Source: Yuukianura sp. NJ FZ-2021 | Taxonomy: Eukaryota | Assembly (NCBI GenBank): GCA_046563655.1 | Contig: CM102284.1 | Span: 4,898,001 to 4,962,000, forward strand | Direction: 5' to 3' | Length of the DNA: 64,000 nucleotides | In this document: piece by piece, positions 50,390 to 64,000 of the stretch | Position numbering within the stretch: position 1 is the first letter of the stretch | Layout of the letters: each line of letters begins with the position of its first letter | Notes under the pieces: model-generated | Database searches by the model: none | Told to the model about the DNA's origin: nothing | What the model saw: the letters and a program-made list of their open reading frames with translations, nothing else | Made by a program: the position numbers and the translations under genes

Positions 50390-53300
50390 ATGGCAATCGA
50401 TTTACGTTTTTCAAGTTTAGGTTTTGTATTGGTCCTCACTGGTTTGATTTCGAGCGGAACAAGCGTCAGTACAAACGATACGGACACAACCACGCATCAA
50501 ACGGAAGCAATCTCAACAAAAGTGGTGAGTAATTTGTTTTTGTTTAATTAATTAGAAGAATATTACTTGAAGTGTTCTCTGCATGTTGCGCCGAGCGCTG
50601 AATTCCAAGAAATCGCTGGAAAGTTGCTATTTTCAAAAATTTCTTCAGAAACAGGTTTCAAAGTTTGTGTTTTGATTGAGTTAGACGCCTGTTAAAATTA
50701 AGAATATTTCAACCTTTCCATTTTAATAGTTATTTTGTGGTCAGGAATTATTAGTTTTTCAGGTGGAATGAAGGTTGACAATTTCGCCAAATTTTGAACA
50801 TGTAAAATCTTTTCTCATGACCATTAGACTATTCCTGAACTATTATAAATGGATTTATATTTTCAAAGTTTGATAAAATTCCGAAAATGCTTTTTTTGAG
50901 AAGTTTGTTTTCAAAGTTTTCTTGAAGAAAAAATTGGAAAAGTTTTTCTTTGGTTAAGGTGGAGGCCAGCTAAAACTAAAAATATTCAGTCGTCGGATTT
51001 TAATTATTTTTTTAATGTCAACAGTTTTTCATTTTTCTGGTGGAATGAAGGTTCTTTCTAATTTTCTTTTGCGGTTTCTTTATTTTATTTTTTTCAAAAT
51101 TTTACCAAATTTTGAACCTGTAATTTGTTTTCAAAAATTCACATGACTATTCTTGACGTGACTGGAATATTGTTTATGATCTTTTTTTCAAAATTTTGGC
51201 AGAATTCCGAACGTGCGTTTTTTTTTTCAATATGCTCTTGAAGAAAAAGTTCGAAAAGTTCTTTTTTATGGTTAGGATTGACGCCAGCTGAAACTAAAAA
51301 TATTTCAGTCTTGGTATTCTAATTATTCTTCTTATACTAAAAGTTTTCCATTTTTCAGGTGGCATGAAGGTTCTTTCTAATTTTCTTTTATGGTTTTTTT
51401 TTCCGAAATAAATTTTAATCCGAATTTAATTTAAATTTTAATCCGAAATCGAAAATTTGACTGATATTTACCAAAATTCCTGAACTATAGTCCAGGGATT
51501 TTGCTAATTTTGAAGGTGCTTCGTTTGGACAATGTTTGCACCAGGGTAAATACATTATACAATCATACAATATAATTATACATAAATAAATAATATAAAT
51601 TGATAGATTTATTTATTTTTATAATCCAACTGTGGATTTTCATAAGCCTTATTTTCATTTTTAAACAAACGAAACTACAGCCTTCGTATTTTCTAAAAAA
51701 AAAAAATAAGAAAGAAAGAAAAAGAAAAGTATTTTCTAAAATGTCTTCATTCATGCAGAGCTTTCCAGTGACAGACTATGAAATTAGCAACAATAAAACA
51801 AATCTCATGTTAGTTCCAGTAGCACTTTTAATATTTATGATTAGCTAAATCACGAAAGTAATTAATTAGCAGAGGTGCTAATTATTTTGCAAAAAACATT
51901 TGGTTCTGACAACTGGAATGAGGCGAGGAGTTTTATAGCTACAACTAGACGCCACATAAAAATTAACTAATTTCATCCATGGTTTTCATGCCTAACACAA
52001 CTGTACAAAAACAGAAAATGTTTTACACGGCGTAGGAAAATAGCATGCGAAAAAACTTAATTTTCAATTAAATTTCATTATTTGGCAACAAAATAAACGC
52101 TGAAATGCAAATATAAAGAGATCCTCACTCGTTTGAATTTCAAAAATTTGATTATCCGATGATTTAAAATTCAAAAACAATGAATTCCGTGAATTTTTTG
52201 AAAACACAGTTTGAAACTGTTGCACCAAAGTATGCGAAATCCTGTTCTGCAACTTCAACCTGTCGATGAAGTCGAAGAAATTGCAAGGAAGTTGAAATTT
52301 TTGGAAAATTGTGATTTGAGGAATTGCGAAGTGTCCGGAGTGAAATTGGACGATTTTAGATAGGGGATTATACAAAGCCAAAAGGGCTTCCCCCTTTTTG
52401 GACTTTTGTATAAAAAGAAAGGCCGCCAGCGGAAAAAAAATTGAAGAAGGAGAGGAGCCTTTCTGGATCGCCTAATCCCCGCATAGCTCCGGACAGTTTT
52501 TCAGAGAGCCTCCAACCTCACAATGGAAAATCTCTTTCCAAAAATTCATCAAATTCAAAAACTTAAAAAATTCATAACTCAGGAATGGAATGTGTTATCA
52601 AACTAATTTCTTCACACCTAAACGCAGAATGATCTTAACAATATTTTAGCACAAAAAACCGAAATCCAGAATTAGTTTGATTTTTGACAAAATCTCTTCG
52701 TAAAATTTTGAGGGGCCGTTATTTGCAAAATTTTCGCAGTACGTTATGCGAAAAGATGTTTTGCAAGGTGAGTCGAGTGACGAAGCAGCAGAAACGTTGC
52801 AAGATTGAATTTTTTTAAATTTTCTAAAACGGGACAAAATTATTAACTGTGCGTCTGTTTCGCAAGTTTTTAAATTCTTTTTCGGATAAGGATCGTCTTA
52901 GAAAGCAGAAAAGATGTACTGTGCAAACAATTTTTATTTCGAAATTTCAAAACATTTTAAATGTAAGATTGTTTGCAAATTTTTATGCAAAATTAAGTGT
53001 AATGATATTTGCAAAGGAGATAGATGCGGGCGATGTACTATCGATGGACTTGAGTGGTAGAAATGTACTAGCTGTGAAGATGAGTGTGAGCTCCAAGTTC
53101 AAGTTTCTAAAGAGTCTTTTACATGGGAGGCCTTCGGGAGAGCAGAAAAGTTGACAGGGGATCGTACGAAGCGAAGAGGCGAGATAGGTCTTCTGCTCTT
53201 GTGTGCTTTTTGTATGGGAAGGCCACCGGAGGGAAAAAAGTTGAGGAAGGAGAGGAACCTTTTTGAGTCGCCTAATCCCCGCATAGCTTCGGTCAGTTTT

Positions 53301-54168
53301 TCAGAGGAACCACAACTTCAGAATAGAAAATCAATTTCCAAAAAGTAAAAAAACTTTCAAAATTCATAAGTCAGGAATGAAATGCTTTTAATTGCTAATT
53401 CTTTCACGACTGGATCTAGAATGACCTCAATAATTCTTCTACATAAAAATGAGCAAAAATAATGCCATTTGTTTTCCACCTTTCCAGCCGGATCGCTTGG
53501 TGGTGACTGTTTTCTACCAAACGCTTTGCCCTTACTCAATTGAATTCTTCCGGACGCAACTAATTCCTGCTTGGAAGGAAATCGGTGACCAGGATTACTT
53601 GGATCTTCGTCTCGTTCCTTATGGAAATGGCCATGTAAGTCATCAGACTTCAGAAGACAAGTTTGACATGTCAAGGACGCTTACTTTTTCTTTTTCCGGA
53701 CAGACGTTTTTCCAGCCAGGACTCGTTGTTCATGGATGTGACCATGGTACTGACGAATGCTTCGGAAACAAGTTACATGCATGCGTCCTAGAATACTTGC
53801 CGAAAGATGTTGCCAGAGAATTCGTCTTTTGCAGTATGATGTCGGACTACCCTCCAAACAGTGCCTCAAACTGTTCCAGTATCATTCCAGTTGACCTCAA
53901 TTTCAACACTGACGTTATGGACTATTGTGTTGAAAGCCTTGCTGGAGACTTAGCTTTGGCCCTTAAAGGGCTCCACTCCCTAGACTTCGTTGGAAATGGC
54001 GTCCCAAGCATCAGCGTTAACGGTGTGCTGGAAGAAAGTGATGATCCGTTAGTGGACTTTTTGACCTACATTTGCAATATTCTAGCAAATCCACCAACAG
54101 GAAATCAGGGTAGTGAATTTGATAGTTTTCAACTACCTGATGCTTGTTACACAACTGAAGAAACCTAA
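50390..54168 (+). CDS. GILT-like (gamma-interferon-inducible lysosomal thiol reductase family) protein
   Basis: Signal-peptide exon (ATG 50390) and a ~3-kb intron, then VTVFYQTLCPYS (CxxS active site), LVPYGN and the signature CDHGTDECFGNKLHAC. Stop 54166-54168. Confidence 0.88.
50640..51400. repeat. Degenerate ~300-bp tandem repeat (about 3 units) in GILT intron 1
   Basis: Recurring blocks tttttc(a/t)ggtgg(a/c)atgaaggtt (about 50756, 51033, 51352) and cttgaagaaaaa..gaaaagtt...ccagct.aaactaaaaat. Confidence 0.6.
52430..53430. repeat. Two dispersed ~200-bp direct repeats (about 52430-52635 and 53232-53430) in GILT intron 1
   Basis: Shared core gaaggagagga.cct....tcgcctaatccccgcatagct.cgg.cagtttttcagag...gaaaatc...ttccaaaaa...aattcataa.tcaggaatg. 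Confidence 0.65.
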
Positions 54169-54606
54169 AAAAATATACTGCCTAAATCATAAGTAATCTT
54201 CTAAAACACTTTAAAGTTTTCACTTTTCTACTGGTTTACTTTTTTCCGTTCAATTTCTCCAAATCATGAGTATACAGGGAGTCAGTGGAGGAGAAAGTTG
54301 AACATAAATTGGGAGTGGGAGTAGTAATTTGGAAACTAATTCATTTACAACATTCCCTGATACTTATTAACTCGTTCGTATAAACAATCTGCAACTAAAA
54401 GTCAAGACTATCCTTTAAGACGGCGACATTACATTATTAGTTTGGTAACAACTAAAAAAAAACAGTTTCAAAAATACAAACAACTATCAGTTAAATTGAG
54501 AAAAAAATGAGATTGAGGCATTACTAAAAATGAAAAACGCTCCGGTAAATGCTAAAGAGGAGTTAGTTAAGGTGGTATTAAACGCTAACACTTGCAGTGG
54601 CGGACT

Positions 54607-57600
54607 TCAAGCCCTGTTGCTAGCAGCTTCAAAGAAAAGTCTCAAACTATGTCCCGCCTTTCCAACTGGAGAGTCATCTTCGTTAAACGTCAAACAATTA
54701 TCAAAGATTAGTCGGATATCACCCAGAAAGTCGGCTTTCGTTTTGTACGTTGACATTTTTGCACGAATTGATGCCAAGTCCATTGGATTCTTAATTATCT
54801 GCAAACATTTTCAAATCCAAAATCATGTAAATCATAGAATTCAAGTTTGTAAATGCAATTTTAAGTTCGCTTCAACTTACCTTCTTGTAAGTAGGAAATT
54901 GTCTCGTGTTTACTGGTTCAAGCTATCAAAAAACGTCAAAATTACGAAAATACTCACGAAATATTTCATTTTCTTTAAAGTACTTACGAATGGCCAAGCA
55001 TCTTCGTGCTTCGACAAGTCATCCAACAATTTCTCACACCAAACGATTTCTGACTTTGTCTTCTTTGAAGATTTCTTACTCGGTCCTGCTACATTACTGT
55101 CTCCAGACTCCGACTTTCGTTTTTTCGTAGGAGATTTGTGGTCCGGACAAAACCATCGCCCTCGCGGAACCTGATACAAAAACCACACTTAAAATTGAGT
55201 CCAATTTTTTTTAGAATTTAGAAAATTATTTTCATCAAAAATTAAAAAGTCTAACCTTTCCCAGTGGTGGTTGAATGCAATCCAAATGATAGGCCTTGTT
55301 GGCACACTTGTCACACGAAATAAGTTTAGCATGCTCGGAGCCTTTGCCACAAACTATACAGCCCTTGGTTCCAGTCGCTTTGTTGATACACTCCCAACAA
55401 AACCAATCTCCGTCTGGAATCGTTTCCAACGGAGGCTTGAAGCAATACGTGTGGTAACCACGGTCACATGCATCGCACAGGAGGAGCTTATCTTCATGAT
55501 CTCCTCCCTTACACAGTTGACAACTGGCCTGTAATCAAAAAATGTAAAGTTAATTGTACTACTCTTACCAAAATTCTTCAACTTAAGCAATTTCTTCAAA
55601 ATATCCGTCACCTTTACCTTCATCACTGATTTATCCCATGCAATAGACGTGTCCAAGGAGTGAACAGCCATTGAAAGAACAGCGGGCGTACTGGCTCGAC
55701 TTATCGCTTCTCTCCATGTCATCAATGCTCTAGAAACAGACAAAAAGAGACATTTCTTTTTAGAAACTAGTTTAGAGTTATATCACAATTCAAAGAAGCT
55801 TTTGATTTATTGAGCTTACTTCGGTCCGACATAAATGTCAGCTCCACCTTCGGCAACATTGGCAAGGAGATTCAACTCATTAGCGGACTTCCCCAACGGT
55901 GGTTTCAAGTATCTTCGTTCAATGGCATTCTCCAGTCCCAGAAGCCTGTCTTTCACCAGCTCAATTATGTCGTGCTCACTGAGATCCTGAGCTGGTCTCG
56001 CTGGAACTTGCCATCCTTTGACTTGAAGACTTGCTGAAGCCACTCTCTCTTCCAGCGTCTCCATGGTTTCCAGTAGCTGGAGATGAACCTTGTAGGCTAA
56101 TTCTGGATCCCATCCGTTTGCAGGAGAGTGAACATTGACCGGAATTTCTTCATCTTCGAGTTCATCTTCAACGAGAGTCGGAGGAGTGGCAAGACTCGAC
56201 AAGGCAATCTGTAGAAGAATTTGAAATTGACATTAAAATTCAAACTTTAAAAACTTAAAAATTAGTTTTCAAATTCATTACTTTTAAGGCAGGCTCACGA
56301 ATTCCAGTTGTACAAAAATCTTGGACAAATTCGCTTATACTACCATCTAATTTCCACCATGAATCCCATTGTTTAGGTTCAATCACAGAAACTAAGGTAT
56401 CATCTTCACGTTTCTCTTCTTCTACTTTCACAGGAACATCTTTGATTCTACCGCTGCAACCTTCTCTTGGAGCAAAACTGAAGATTTTCAGACACGGAGG
56501 AGGAACGTCCTCAACCTCCATGGGCTTTTCTTCTTCTTTCTTCGCCACCGTTTCCGGTACTTCGGTCTCTCCAGCTTGAAATTTCTGTGCTACGCGTTCT
56601 TTCAGTTCATCAAATTCCGCACTAGCTCCGCCCTCTACATATATCCCTCCAGCTGCCGGAAGATTCCAGTATCGTCTACGGTAGCGATCTTGACCAAGAC
56701 AAGTACTGCGAATGACTCTTGTAGAAATTCCTTGTTGATGCTTGAGTTTATCTGAGGAACGCTGGAGACAGTTCATCTTCTGACGGATTTCGTCTACAGA
56801 AAGTTTAGCATCTGAATCCGAATCTTCCGAACTGGAGCTAGACGAGAGAAAAGAGGCATCGTCATCTGGAGGTAGATTTTTCAAGTCGATTTTGGCAACA
56901 TCCTCTGCCTCAGTGGCGCCAATGCTGGCAATATTTTTGCAGTCATTGGACGAATGACTGTCGTGGACGGAGCGCCCGATTTGGTTGTTGTCCAAAGCAG
57001 ATTCCAGTGATTTCTCCTTGGAATTCTTGGCGCTGGTCGTGGAGTCTGTCGTATCCATAGGAGTTTCAGCAAGTCCAGCATTTTCCTCTTCAATCTTAGC
57101 CTTAATTTCATCGAAAATGTCGTTTGTAGGTTTAGGATGCTCTGATTTCACATGGTCTTCTTTTGGCGCTTGAACTTCCAATGTTTCTTGTTTAGACGAA
57201 CTGTCGTCAATCTCCTCCTTGATAATTGTGCCATTAGAGTATTGTGGCTTCTTCTCCGAGTCATTTCCGGATGACAATGGTTTCTCCGGCTCACTCGACG
57301 ACTCGAAGATGTCCTTCTTCAGAGTAAGTTTAATTTCTTCTTCTTCATCGTCTGGCTCGTCTTCAATCCGTTCGCTCTCCGCAGCGGCAGCAGCTACAGT
57401 CTTTCTAGAGCATAAAACGCGCAGTCGTCGTAGTTTGATTTCGTTTTGCTGTCGTTCCTTTCGAGTGGAATGAGCTGTTTCAGTTGAGGTTTCTAAATGC
57501 TTCAAAACTGCTTTGTTCTGGAGTAAGAGATCACAGATAAATGAAATAATACTAGACTTTCGGGTTGGCGAGAGAGCAAGGAATGGAACTTCTTCAAGCC

Positions 57601-60600
57601 ATTCGCAGAATTTAGATGCTTCCGGTTCGGAGTCACACACAGCTTGAAGGTAGAGGCTAATATGTAAAAAAAAAAAAGACAGTTGATTTTGTTAGTTGCT
57701 CGTCCATCTATTATTATTATAGTAATTATATACTAACTACTTTAAATTTAAGAAATTTCAAGAAACTCCAGAAGTAGGAAGTACTGGAGTAAGTTTCTAT
57801 TTTTGCTATTCATTCCTTGCAGAATTTTTTGAAAAATTTTAATTACAGTGAAAAATCTACAACAACCCTAAATCCCTACAGGATTGTCAACGTTTTTGCA
57901 TTCAAAGTTTTAAAAATTAAACCCAAATAAAACATTATATTTTTTTAAATTCTGATTCTCTTTGCTGTTTCTTTACGCCACACAAAATTATTTTCGTATA
58001 TAGCCTGCTGCTTTCAAGCCGAACCAGCAAGAAGAAAATTATTAATTTTCGGTTGGCGTTTAAATTTGAAACTGGAAGTTCAGTTTCCTGTAAAATTTTT
58101 CATTTCAAATCAACTAAACTGATCCTAAAAAATGCAATTATCGGTTTTGGTAGGCTTCTGCGCACATATTTTCTCGAATCCATAAAAATTTATTTTGAAA
58201 ACACTGCTTTGTGAAAAAAAAATAGAAAAGAAAATCTTCCTATTCACTTTGTACCACATTTTGAGCCATTTCTGATCATTTTCCGCAAAAAAGAAAGTTT
58301 GTTTTTAGAATTTTTTGTTAGAATTACCGTAAGATTTCGGATAAGCCTCCAAAAGTAATATCAGCCTGCTTGAGAGTTTGCCCAAATGCTGTCAAGTGCT
58401 TATTCGGATTCGGCATTCCTGGATCTACACAGCAAGAGAATATACGATAAATGCGTTGAATTAATTGCTGATTTTCGTATTTTATAGAATTTGTACCTTC
58501 GACTGCACAAACAAGTAAGTGGCTAAGGACGCTCAGGAGTTCCTCCTCGTTCTCGTCGATATGAAGAAGTGCCTTCTGCAGGTTGCTAAGAGACGGCAGA
58601 CTGTCCATGTCGAAGCCTAGTGTACTTCCAAAAGTATGCAGAAACTCGTATATGTGAAGCATATTTGCAAAAGCTTGCGGACTAAGGCGAAGACCCTTGA
58701 TGGTTCCAAGGTCATTCAACTTCTTTTCCCACAAAACTTCATCTACTTCAATCGGTTCGGATTTGACCTCTTCTTGAGTATTTTCTGCACGTTTCTTCAA
58801 TTTTCTTTCTTGTTGCATCTTATGACGACGTCGAGCACGGCGAAACAATTCAAGGGCTAAAAAAAAAGAAAACGGAAAATTAGAATTCAAAATTTCAAAA
58901 GTCGAATTTCGAAAAAGCGTTTAAGTACCTCGAACTAAACCAGCATGTTCTTTCTTTCGTTCCCTTTCGTTTTTAACTCGTTCCTCTTCCTTCTTATTTT
59001 GTTTCGCTTCTTCCTTGAGCCAGTTAGCCAACTCGTTACTGGTCAACTTGAGAACTGTTCCATCTTCACCAGGTAACAAAAAGTCTCCAATAAGTAATTT
59101 ACAACTAAAACTATAATTTTTAAGTCCATTGTTTCCAACAACTTTCTTCAACTCCTGCATGGACTTGACAGTAATATTATTTGGACTTATGTAGGACACT
59201 TCTCCGTTGAGTCCATGGGATGAAAGTCCTTTCAATAGTGTTTCACGCCTCCATCCATTTTGTAGCGGTGCGTTAAGATCTGGCTCAGCCTTTGGTTTTG
59301 GTTGTGGAATGTTTAGTTCAGCCGTGTTTAGCCAAGGACGATGTGGCGGAGTACTTGAAGTAGGAACGACTTTTTCGGGAGTCGATCTCTGAGAGAGTAT
59401 CTGTCCTTGTTGCATTAGGAGTGGCGAAGCGTTTCTATCCGAGTTACGACTCGTAGCAGAGTTTGACGCAGCAGCTTTTTCTGCCTTGCTCGTTTTCTCA
59501 TTAGCATGATGGTGGTCTTGATTTTTGTCGCTGGATCTTGTGTTTCTCTGCGGTTGATGATCCGATTTAGGCAAAATTTCTACGTTGCCAGTCAATGATG
59601 CTCCGCTTGCCGCTCGACTCTGTTGTAGTAAACTTGCAACTGTGGACTTCCGCTTCACTTTTTCGCCTTTTACTAAACCCAGTTGCGGAGATTTCGGGAC
59701 CGTATGTGAATACAGACTTGGATTTGACATGTGCGCTGGTTTCGGGACATAATCCGACGGAAATCTTGGACATGTGAGTGAATCTGGTTTTGAATGTGCA
59801 TGAGGAATAATTGTAACTGATGAAGGTAGGTTGAGTGACTTGTTGCTTGAGGATTCTCCAGTTCCTTCTGGCCCACAATTGGAATTTGGAGGTTGCTTGA
59901 GGTTACTTTTGGAAAGATTCAAGGCTTGCTGGTGGTCTACTCGAGCATTTGAATTGTTCGGTGTTGGAACTGGTGGGACATGGGCCGCTGTCGACCGAGA
60001 ATTCTTTGCAGAGAGTAACTGTACTGGCGGAATCTGCGGGTATGAACTTGCAGCGATTGCCGCGGCGGCTGCTGCAGCAGCAGCACTACTGGCTCCTCTT
60101 CCTCTTCTGCTTGTCGTCCTTGTTGTTGTGTGACCGTCCCTTTCAGTTCGTCTTGAAGTACTTTGTGAATTTCGATGTGGAGGGGGCAGAGGAAGGCTGG
60201 GATGTGCTGATCCAGCATCTGACTGAGCCTGTGATGACTGTTTTCCTGGAAGTATAAAATTCGCATTTAAGTTTCTTCTCAACTTCGCTCAACTACTATT
60301 AAATTTGGTAAATTACCAGTTTTCCTTCTACCCTCTCCGTCACCACTCTGTCTACCGCCGCGGTGAGTTGGCGTGCGTGATTCATGTTCACGATCTCGGT
60401 TTTCCATGTTGCCAGCCGTCGCTGCAGCTCCTGCTTGCAGATTTGGAGCCATTTGAGCTGCCTGGATTCGGCTTAAGTATTCCAAGTACCACCAAGCTGC
60501 TGGAGATGCATACTGCATGTTCATTTGTTGTTGTAAAAGAGCCAGCGGATTTGATCCAGGGCCACCCATTCCTCCACTTGCCAGTAGATTATGTGCAGCT
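54607..60600 (-). CDS. BAZ2B: Bromodomain adjacent to zinc finger 2 / toutatis (TAM-MBD, DDT, WHIM/WSD, 2 PHD, bromodomain); 5' exon(s) not located
   Basis: MBD/TAM PLQNGWRRET; DDT AFANMLHIYEFLHTFG; LGQDRYRRRYW; LENAIERRYLKPPL; SIAWDKSVMK; PHDs CQLCKG..LLLCDACDRGYHTYC..IPDGDWFCWEC and CIVC..CDKC..YHLDC..PRGRWFC; bromodomain IIKNPMDL..IFDNCLTFNEDDSPVGKAG. Confidence 0.92.
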
Positions 60601-61070
60601 AAGAAAAACAAAACGACAATTAGAAATTAAACACGGGAAAACTTTAGACTTTTCAAATCGTAACACTTTATTCGTAACACAAGTTCATCATTTATTTGCA
60701 AATTTTTAATTCCGCGTGTTCCGGATCGTAACTCCGGAATTAATCGGTGACTTCCCGATGAAATCCTTACACAATTCTTGTGCTTAGCAACCGTTGCACT
60801 GTAATCTAAACTCACAACAAACTTTGCAATCCTACGCATAGAATTCCTGTCATACCTTATTGATTAGAACTCACTCACTCACATCATGAGTCCATTTTGT
60901 TTCATGTCTTTCTAAAAATAGTCAAGTTTTAGCAAAATCTTGGGGTTTAGGTCGCAGAAAAAGTAAATTCGCGAGCTAAACATTAGGTACTTAAAATTAA
61001 CTTATAGAAATATGAAGTCCTAAAACGCCGCTCATTCATTTAACGTCATAGTCTAGCAGTCCATCATAGA

Positions 61071-62778
61071 ATGTCGCAGTGTCAGTCCTTAAGTATACCA
61101 AGAATTGGCAGTGTCACTGTCCGACACTCCAGAATTCGGTTGGCCGATCGCCTTGGCAGTGGTTACGAAAGAGACCCAGCACAAAAGCAGAGCATCGCTG
61201 ACATCGAACCTCCTTCAAGGAGACAAAACCGAAGATCTCTGGAGGATTCTGAAGCGGAAGATCAGAATTGGTCTTTGGTGGAACTGCTTGGTCGTTCTGC
61301 CAGTGCCAAAAGTCCTCGAGGGAGTAAATCCGCAGCATTTCTTGCTCCACATGGCCATGGACCTGCTCATCGACGTCTCAGCAAACCAGAAACTGCAAAC
61401 TACAGACAAGTTCCTCCATTCCGGAACAATTCCTTGTCCAAAACTGGTGGACCTGCAAGGTTATGGAGGCGACCGGATATGTTCATGGCACGGGAATATA
61501 GTTTGAACGAGAGTCACGAAGATACGGATTATGAAGATACTTGTGTCGGAAGTGAATCCTACCGCCCGATTAGCTCTACCGGAAGTTCGATTTCTTGGGC
61601 TGATGATGTAAGCAAAACTTTATAAACTAGAAACACTAATTTCCATTTTATAGACGTTTTGAACTAATTTCTAGGCTATGGAAGCAGAACAAAGTGAAAC
61701 TTTAGCTAAACTTTGGAATGAAGTGGAAACAGTATGTGCTGGAGGAGAGCGACCACCTAAAATGTCTGACGACGTTTACGAAGAGTGTCTTTTATGGCGG
61801 CGCGGATTTCCGACTGAAGCTTCAACTCGTCCGAGTCGGTAAGATGAAAAACCAATTAACATTACAAATCAAAATTGAGTCAAACAATATCAAAACCTGA
61901 TTATCCGAAACTGATACCACGATACCGGTACCGGGATCTGGAAAAGCGTAACCGGATCTCGGAACCAGACAACGGTAGAAGGAAAGTGAAAGAAAAGTAA
62001 TGTTTAAATTTCGATTAATTTCAGATTCGAATCCATGGAGGAATTCCTTGAAGAAATTGAAGATGACGGTGACATAACTCCGACAAATGACACAAAACGC
62101 TTTCCGGAGGATCCTAGTGACCTAATTGTTCCAATGCGCATGACACACAGTGCTCTGGATCAACGCATGACCCCTCATCAAAATCAGAACAAACGAACTG
62201 ACTTTGTTACCTCATGGCTATCCAGTTGCAAATTGCATGAAGACGGAGATGATGAAGATGCTAAAGAAGATCATTACCACAGTGACGATATGGCCAAGAC
62301 CATACTGCATGGCAATGAAAGTGACAACGTTGTTATCCAATCGTCACACTTTCAGCCGTCTAGAAGACGAAATGTAGAGTTGTCAATACCAGCATTACAA
62401 CAACGCTTGCCCGAATCCGATCCATTTTTCAAACAGGAATGCAGGACTCCATCTTTCCGACTTTCGTCATGTTCATCATCTTCTCGTCTTCCAAGAACTA
62501 CTGGGTCATTGGATACGACAGCACATGGGAATACCCCGTGTCTTGCTAAAGAAGATGCAAAAGCCCGATCGCTTGGGTCAACAGGACGAGCATGTGAAGA
62601 GGATTGTTCCAGGATACTAAACGTGATTGATGAAATGCCTCTGGACAGTACTAACACTACCAAGCGAAAAACTGGTCCTGTAGCATTTCATGTACCACGT
62701 GAGGACAAGGTACTTGGTCGTCAAAATTCCGGAAAACCATTTATGTTGTGGTTATTCGACCGTGATTCGCCAACTTAA
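61071..62778 (+). CDS. FAM149 / DUF3719-like protein (3 exons)
   Basis: Exons 61071-61607, 61675-61838 and 62025-62778 splice in frame. The junction gives SSISWADD|AMEAEQSETLAKLWNEVETVC...VYEECLLWRRGFP, matching the recalled FAM149 pattern SW.DD.FE.....V..L..EID.....EEC..W...FP. Confidence 0.6.
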
Positions 62779-62982
62779 GTTTAGGTAGTTAAATGTTAGA
62801 GCAGTCATTTACGCGTGACGAGAGCTTTACGATGATATAACAACAATTAAAAATGCGACAACTAACAAAAATGAGACATTGCATAAAAATCAAACTACTG
62901 CGTAAAAAAATTGCACTAAATAGCTAGACGATAAACAAAGGTAAAGTCATTGGTTAAGTCCAAGGGAAAGTTGGCGCTTGAT

Positions 62983-63318
62983 CCATGGGCATACTCCGAA
63001 ACCTCTAGTCTATGTATTTCGGGGACACCCCCCTCGAGCGGTGGTCCGAGGGACACCCCCCGGCTCTCAGGGGTGTCCGGACGCTCTCGAAGTGGCCTAA
63101 AATCTAAAAATCGGCTACTTTTCTAATGTATTTAGAGGCTTTTCACCAATTTTGAGCACCAAAAACTCAAAATTTCGTCGCGCCTACGGCGCGAGTATTG
63201 TTTCCAAGCCATTTTTGTGCTTTAACACGAAAATCGGTACCTCACGGGACACCCCCCACCCTGATTTGGCGTCGGGACACCCCCCTCGGAAACTCGAGGT
63301 TTCGGAGTATGTCCATGG
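62983..63318. mobile_element. MITE (~336 bp) with 27-bp imperfect TIRs
   Basis: CCATGGGCATACTCCGAAACCTCTAGT versus the reverse complement CCATGGACATACTCCGAAACCTCGAGT (2 mismatches). Internal GGGACACCCCCC repeats; no exact TSD. Confidence 0.75.
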
Positions 63319-64000
63319 GAAAGTCAGCACTTCGTTCAAGCGAGTACAACACTTCATCTTTTTGTTTAAAAAAGGAAAAACAATTCAAGTATTTTCAGCA
63401 TCTTCTGCCTCGATTAATCCCGAATTTGCAATTTTTTGATTTATGCATTATGAAAGAAACGTTGGGTAAACTTATACCCTGACTCGGCGAAAAGAGAGTG
63501 ACAGTGACAGTGTTAACGACTGTTTGGCGGTCATTGACCTCCAGAATTCCATAAATGCCTAACCTGCCCTAGAAACAGTTAACTTTTAAATATCTAAATT
63601 CACACGGTAGTTAAATTCCTAAACGAAAAGTTAAGTTAACTACGGGACTTGTTACGACAAGAAGAACTTTTGGCCTTTATAAAATCTTGAGCCGTTTTAG
63701 ATTCCTCTTTAGAGATAACATATTGACCTACTTACTGCCTATCTTCCACGAATGACCTCTTATCGTTTGTTACGAATTTCTTCACATTAATAGTAATTCG
63801 ATTAAGATTACCTCCGAGTTAAAACTGTTGCTTTTCAAATTACAAATGTCACTAGCTCTACAATGCCCGGACCACCAACAGCGGCCCGCCCAAAATCAGG
63901 TTCAGCTGATTGTCTCTATGTTTGTCAGCCGTTTACACACCATGTCCCGTTATACGATTACGATTTGTTTATGATTACTTTAGGCAAATTAGCACCTAAA

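Noticed and set aside
50756-51372. AG-GTGGAATGAAG-GT motifs as repeated micro-exons of GILT
   Set aside because: An 11-nt exon would shift the frame, and the motifs are part of a larger degenerate tandem repeat.
53500-53540. GILT CxxS active site as a novelty
   Set aside because: CxxS is common in arthropod GILT-like proteins.
54530-55174. 214-aa plus-strand ORF
   Set aside because: Antisense shadow of BAZ2/toutatis bromodomain exons and introns.

Overview
This is eukaryotic DNA: a gene-dense invertebrate genome with short GT-AG introns. An arthropod, plausibly a springtail-type hexapod, is inferred from gene content and intron style, not proven. About 20 spliced genes were reconstructed by hand. 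Recognisable ones are Myo19, TMEM53, HSBP1, GGA, NPL4, two DNase II paralogues, HACD3, a MYCBPAP-like gene with a Cys-rich exon, a 3'-truncated SMG9, PRA1/RABAC1, lifeguard/TMBIM, an F-box/LRR gene, a GILT-like gene, BAZ2/toutatis and a FAM149-like gene. There are also a Cys-rich surface protein, two orphan genes and a candidate GBP/ENF-like cytokine precursor. Non-autonomous transposons include Helitron-like, Harbinger-like and hAT-like elements. The most striking structure is an 11.1-kb composite insertion (30563-41663). Two identical 320-bp hAT-type MITEs in direct orientation carry reciprocally swapped 8-bp target-site duplications (A-MITE-B...cargo...B-MITE-A). They enclose a 10.5-kb cargo that looks circularly permuted (whole MYCBPAP-like gene plus truncated SMG9) and sit in the HACD3/PRA1 divergent promoter. 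Exon boundaries and family calls come from manual reading and motif recall, not database searches.
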